NCBI RefSeq assembly: GCF_000011805.1
Contig: NC_006840.2
Source of the DNA: Aliivibrio fischeri ES114
GTDB lineage: Bacteria > Pseudomonadota > Gammaproteobacteria > Enterobacterales > Vibrionaceae
DNA length: 32,000 nt
Strand: one strand, 5' to 3'
Under the pieces are notes generated by a model. The model made no database searches. It saw only the letters and a list, made by a program, of their open reading frames with translations, and was not told where the DNA came from. How positions within the stretch are numbered: the stretch's first letter is position 1; the number at the start of each line of letters is the position of its first letter. A program made the position numbers and the translations under genes. This document shows positions 29,065 to 32,000 of this stretch, piece by piece.

Positions 29065-30366
29065 CTATGCACTCTCTTTAGTAATAATAAAATCACTTAA
29101 GGGAGCATCTTCACGTTTTTCCAACTTAGACCAATCAACTTGCTGCATACGTACATCAACCAGCAAACTGCCATCATCTTGATATTCTTCGTTAAGAATA
29201 CATTGCATTTGAAAGAATTTACTTCGAAGACGTCCAACCCAATCAGGCGGTAAAAGCAAAGAATGCTCAACCATCTGTCCAGATAAGCGCTCTGTTAATG
29301 CTTGGAATAATAACTCTATGCCTTTGCCTTCCATCGCGGAAACCCAAACACATCGAGGTATACCTTCCTCATCACGCTCAATTCGTGGTTGTTGATCTTC
29401 TAAGTTATCAATCTTATTCATTACAAGAAGAGTCGGTACCTCATTGGCATCTATCTCTTCAAGAACAATATCTACTGCTTCAATATTCTCACGAAAACGT
29501 TCATCACTCGCATCTACAACATGTAACAAGATATTAGCTTCTTGTGTTTCTTGTAATGTCGCTTTAAAAGCGGCAACCAAATCATGTGGTAAATGACGAA
29601 TAAAACCTACCGTATCAGCAAGAATTGAGGTTCCTACATCGGCAACTTCTATTTTTCGTAATGTTGGATCCAAGGTCGCAAACAATTGGTCAGCAGCATA
29701 AACCCCAGCCTCTGTAATTCGATTAAACAACGTAGATTTACCTGCGTTGGTGTAACCGACTAAAGAAATGGTTGGAATTTCTGCACGGTGTCGAGCTCGA
29801 CGCCCTTGCTCACGTTGTTTAGCTACTTTGCCTAACCTACGAAGAATCGCTTTAATACGTTCACGCAACAATCGTCTATCAGTCTCTAACTGAGTCTCAC
29901 CTGGACCACGTAAACCTATACCGCCTTTTTGACGTTCAAGGTGAGTCCAACCACGGATTAATCGCGTAGAGATATGACGTAATTGTGCTAACTCAACTTG
30001 CAACTTACCTTCGTAAGTTCGTGCTCGTTGAGCAAATATATCCAGTATTAGACCCGTACGATCTATTACTCGACACTGACATAATTGTTCTAAATTTCGT
30101 TCTTGAGCCGGAGATAATGCGTGATTAAAAATCACGATATCTGCGTTATTAGCTCGAACAGCATCGGCAATTTCTTGTGCCTTGCCTTCACCAACATAAT
30201 ATTTAGGGAGTGGAGATTGACGGGTTCCCGTCACAACACCTACTGTGTTTACCCCCGCAGAAGAAATTAACATTTTACATTCGTTAAGATCTTCAATCTC
30301 CCCTTGATAGGTAAAGTCAATGTGCACAAGAATAGCCTGTTCACCGGATTCATAACGGTCAAACAA
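29065..30366 (-). CDS. hflX: GTPase HflX
   Basis: 433 aa, collinear with E. coli HflX (MFDRY..GEQA.LVHI). The G-motifs GYTNAGKST, DTVGF and NKID are present. Confidence 0.96.
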   Translation of the reverse strand: MFDRYESGEQAILVHIDFTYQGEIEDLNECKMLISSAGVNTVGVVTGTRQSPLPKYYVGEGKAQEIADAVRANNADIVIFNHALSPAQERNLEQLCQCRVIDRTGLILDIFAQRARTYEGKLQVELAQLRHISTRLIRGWTHLERQKGGIGLRGPGETQLETDRRLLRERIKAILRRLGKVAKQREQGRRARHRAEIPTISLVGYTNAGKSTLFNRITEAGVYAADQLFATLDPTLRKIEVADVGTSILADTVGFIRHLPHDLVAAFKATLQETQEANILLHVVDASDERFRENIEAVDIVLEEIDANEVPTLLVMNKIDNLEDQQPRIERDEEGIPRCVWVSAMEGKGIELLFQALTERLSGQMVEHSLLLPPDWVGRLRSKFFQMQCILNEEYQDDGSLLVDVRMQQVDWSKLEKREDAPLSDFIITKESA

Positions 30367-30405
30367 GCGTTAACTCCTTAACTGATTAACTATTCTAGAA
30401 TAGTA

Positions 30406-30705
<300 letters not shown>

Positions 30706-30776
30706 TTATTTAGCTATGAGCCTTTAGCTTATGACTAAACGCACTTAAGTTAAACAACATTGAAGCATTTTTGTGC

Positions 30777-31709
30777 TTATTTTTTCTCTAATTGAGTCGA
30801 AATCAACTCTAAAGCGCCGTCAATGTCATCACTATCAAGCCAAGTTAACTCTTTCCAGCTACGTAGCCAGGTAATTTGTCGCTTGGCTAATTGACGAGTA
30901 GCACAGATACCACGGAAAACCGCCTCATCCAATGTCCCCTCCCCGTCAAAATAGTCCCACATTTGTCGATAACCAACACATCGAATTGATGGTAAATCAG
31001 CATGAAGATCATCACGTTCATACAATGCTCGTGCTTCTGCTTCAAACCCTTCTTCCATCATATTCGCAAAGCGAAGTTCAATACGACGATGAATTTCTGC
31101 TCTCTCTTTCGGTGCAATCGCAAATTGATGCACCTCATAAGGCAAAGCATCACCTTTAATCTGGGTTAATTCTGTTAATGTTTTACCCGAAATTCGAAAT
31201 ACTTCCAACGCTCGGGAAAGTCGTTGTGGATCATTTGGATGAATTCTTTCAGCTGAGACAGGATCAATCGTTTTTAATTGATCATGCATCGCTTCCCATC
31301 CAAATTGTTCCGCTTCTTGCTCAATTTGAGCTCTAATGTCAGCATCCGCTGCTGGTAATGGCGAAAGACCTTCAAGTAATGCTTTGTAGTACAACATCGT
31401 ACCACCCACTAACAATGGGATCTTTCCTTGAGCAACGATATCATCCATCTCTTTAAGAGCATCACGACGAAAATCCGCTGCCGAATAACTCTCTGTTGGA
31501 TCAAGAATATCAATAAGACGATGAGGAGCCTGTAAAAGTTCCTCTGCATTTGGTTTTGCCGTACCAATATCCATACCCTTATAGATAAGGGCGGAGTCTA
31601 CGCTAATCAACTCCACAGGAAAACGTTTTCGCAATTCAATTGCTAAGTTTGTTTTCCCTGACGCTGTTGGTCCCATCAAAAAGATGGCTTTTGGTAATGG
31701 TTTATTCAT
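30777..31709 (-). CDS. miaA: tRNA dimethylallyltransferase
   Basis: 310 aa. It has the P-loop GPTASGKT and the motif [18 protein letters not shown]. It follows the mutL-miaA-hfq order. Confidence 0.96.
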   Translation of the reverse strand: MNKPLPKAIFLMGPTASGKTNLAIELRKRFPVELISVDSALIYKGMDIGTAKPNAEELLQAPHRLIDILDPTESYSAADFRRDALKEMDDIVAQGKIPLLVGGTMLYYKALLEGLSPLPAADADIRAQIEQEAEQFGWEAMHDQLKTIDPVSAERIHPNDPQRLSRALEVFRISGKTLTELTQIKGDALPYEVHQFAIAPKERAEIHRRIELRFANMMEEGFEAEARALYERDDLHADLPSIRCVGYRQMWDYFDGEGTLDEAVFRGICATRQLAKRQITWLRSWKELTWLDSDDIDGALELISTQLEKK

Positions 31710-32000
31710 GACTAAATGCTTGTATCACTTGTGTAATATCGATGTCTTTTAATAATTTAGGGTAGAAATTATTCAATTCATCTCCCCATAATTGCTCTAA
31801 TTCCATCACTAATTGAATAGCTTGAGCAGTAGTATAACTTACTTCATCATGTTGAATTTGATGAGAAAGCCATTTTATTACTTGCTCTAATGATGGATTA
31901 ATTTGTTCTAGATACCTTAACAGATTCGGGATCAATTGTTGTAAGTTCTGCTGTCTGATTGGTTGACAAACAGCCATTACGATAATATTTGTTCTATTTT
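31702..32000 (-). CDS. mutL: DNA mismatch repair protein MutL, C-terminal fragment (continues beyond the right edge)
   Basis: The reading frame is open to the window edge. The C-terminus ...[20 protein letters not shown]... aligns with E. coli MutL ...[20 protein letters not shown]... The stop overlaps the miaA start by 8 nt (ATGAATAA). Confidence 0.85.
   Translation of the reverse strand, partial: NRTNIIVMAVCQPIRQQNLQQLIPNLLRYLEQINPSLEQVIKWLSHQIQHDEVSYTTAQAIQLVMELEQLWGDELNNFYPKLLKDIDITQVIQAFSHE

Overview
This window looks like a conserved core-chromosome segment of an AT-rich Vibrionaceae-type gamma-proteobacterium. That call rests on gene content, on synteny with E. coli/Vibrio, and on the Vibrionaceae-style argH-GNAT fusion. 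I recognise 30 protein-coding loci. In order they are: pilM' (5' fragment), mrcA, oxyR, a Prx-Grx hybrid peroxidase, an Lpd-like flavoprotein disulfide reductase, a small CxxC membrane protein, argH(A)-argG-argB-argC divergent from argE, ppc, metF, the rpsF-priB-rpsR-rplI operon, rlmB, rnr, nsrR divergent from hmp, a secreted Sel1-repeat protein, purA, yjeT, hflC, hflK, hflX, hfq, miaA and mutL' (3' fragment). I see no rRNA, tRNA, CRISPR array, transposase, integrase, phage, toxin-antitoxin or defence-like genes, and no convincing novel multi-gene system. The regulatory sites I can support by reading the sequence are an OxyR tetrad operator, paired ARG boxes at two arg promoters, tandem MetJ boxes, two NsrR dyads upstream of hmp, and about a dozen rho-independent terminators. 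The most interesting observations are listed here. (1) priB is readable along its whole length but broken by two +1 frameshifts. (2) A 36-nt frame-scrambled patch destroys a conserved SPOUT motif in rlmB about 0.8 kb away, so either the sequence is locally poor or these genes are really decaying. (3) An OxyR-linked PrxGrx plus flavoprotein-reductase pair is present, and the reductase carries an unusual C-terminal HCxxCxxxC tail. (4) An orphan zinc-ribbon membrane miniprotein has its own terminators on both sides. (5) A 14-bp tandem repeat containing GATC sites lies upstream of the Sel1 gene. (6) The rpsF leader has pseudoknot-compatible pairings. All coordinates of non-ORF features come from manual reading and may be off by a few nucleotides.
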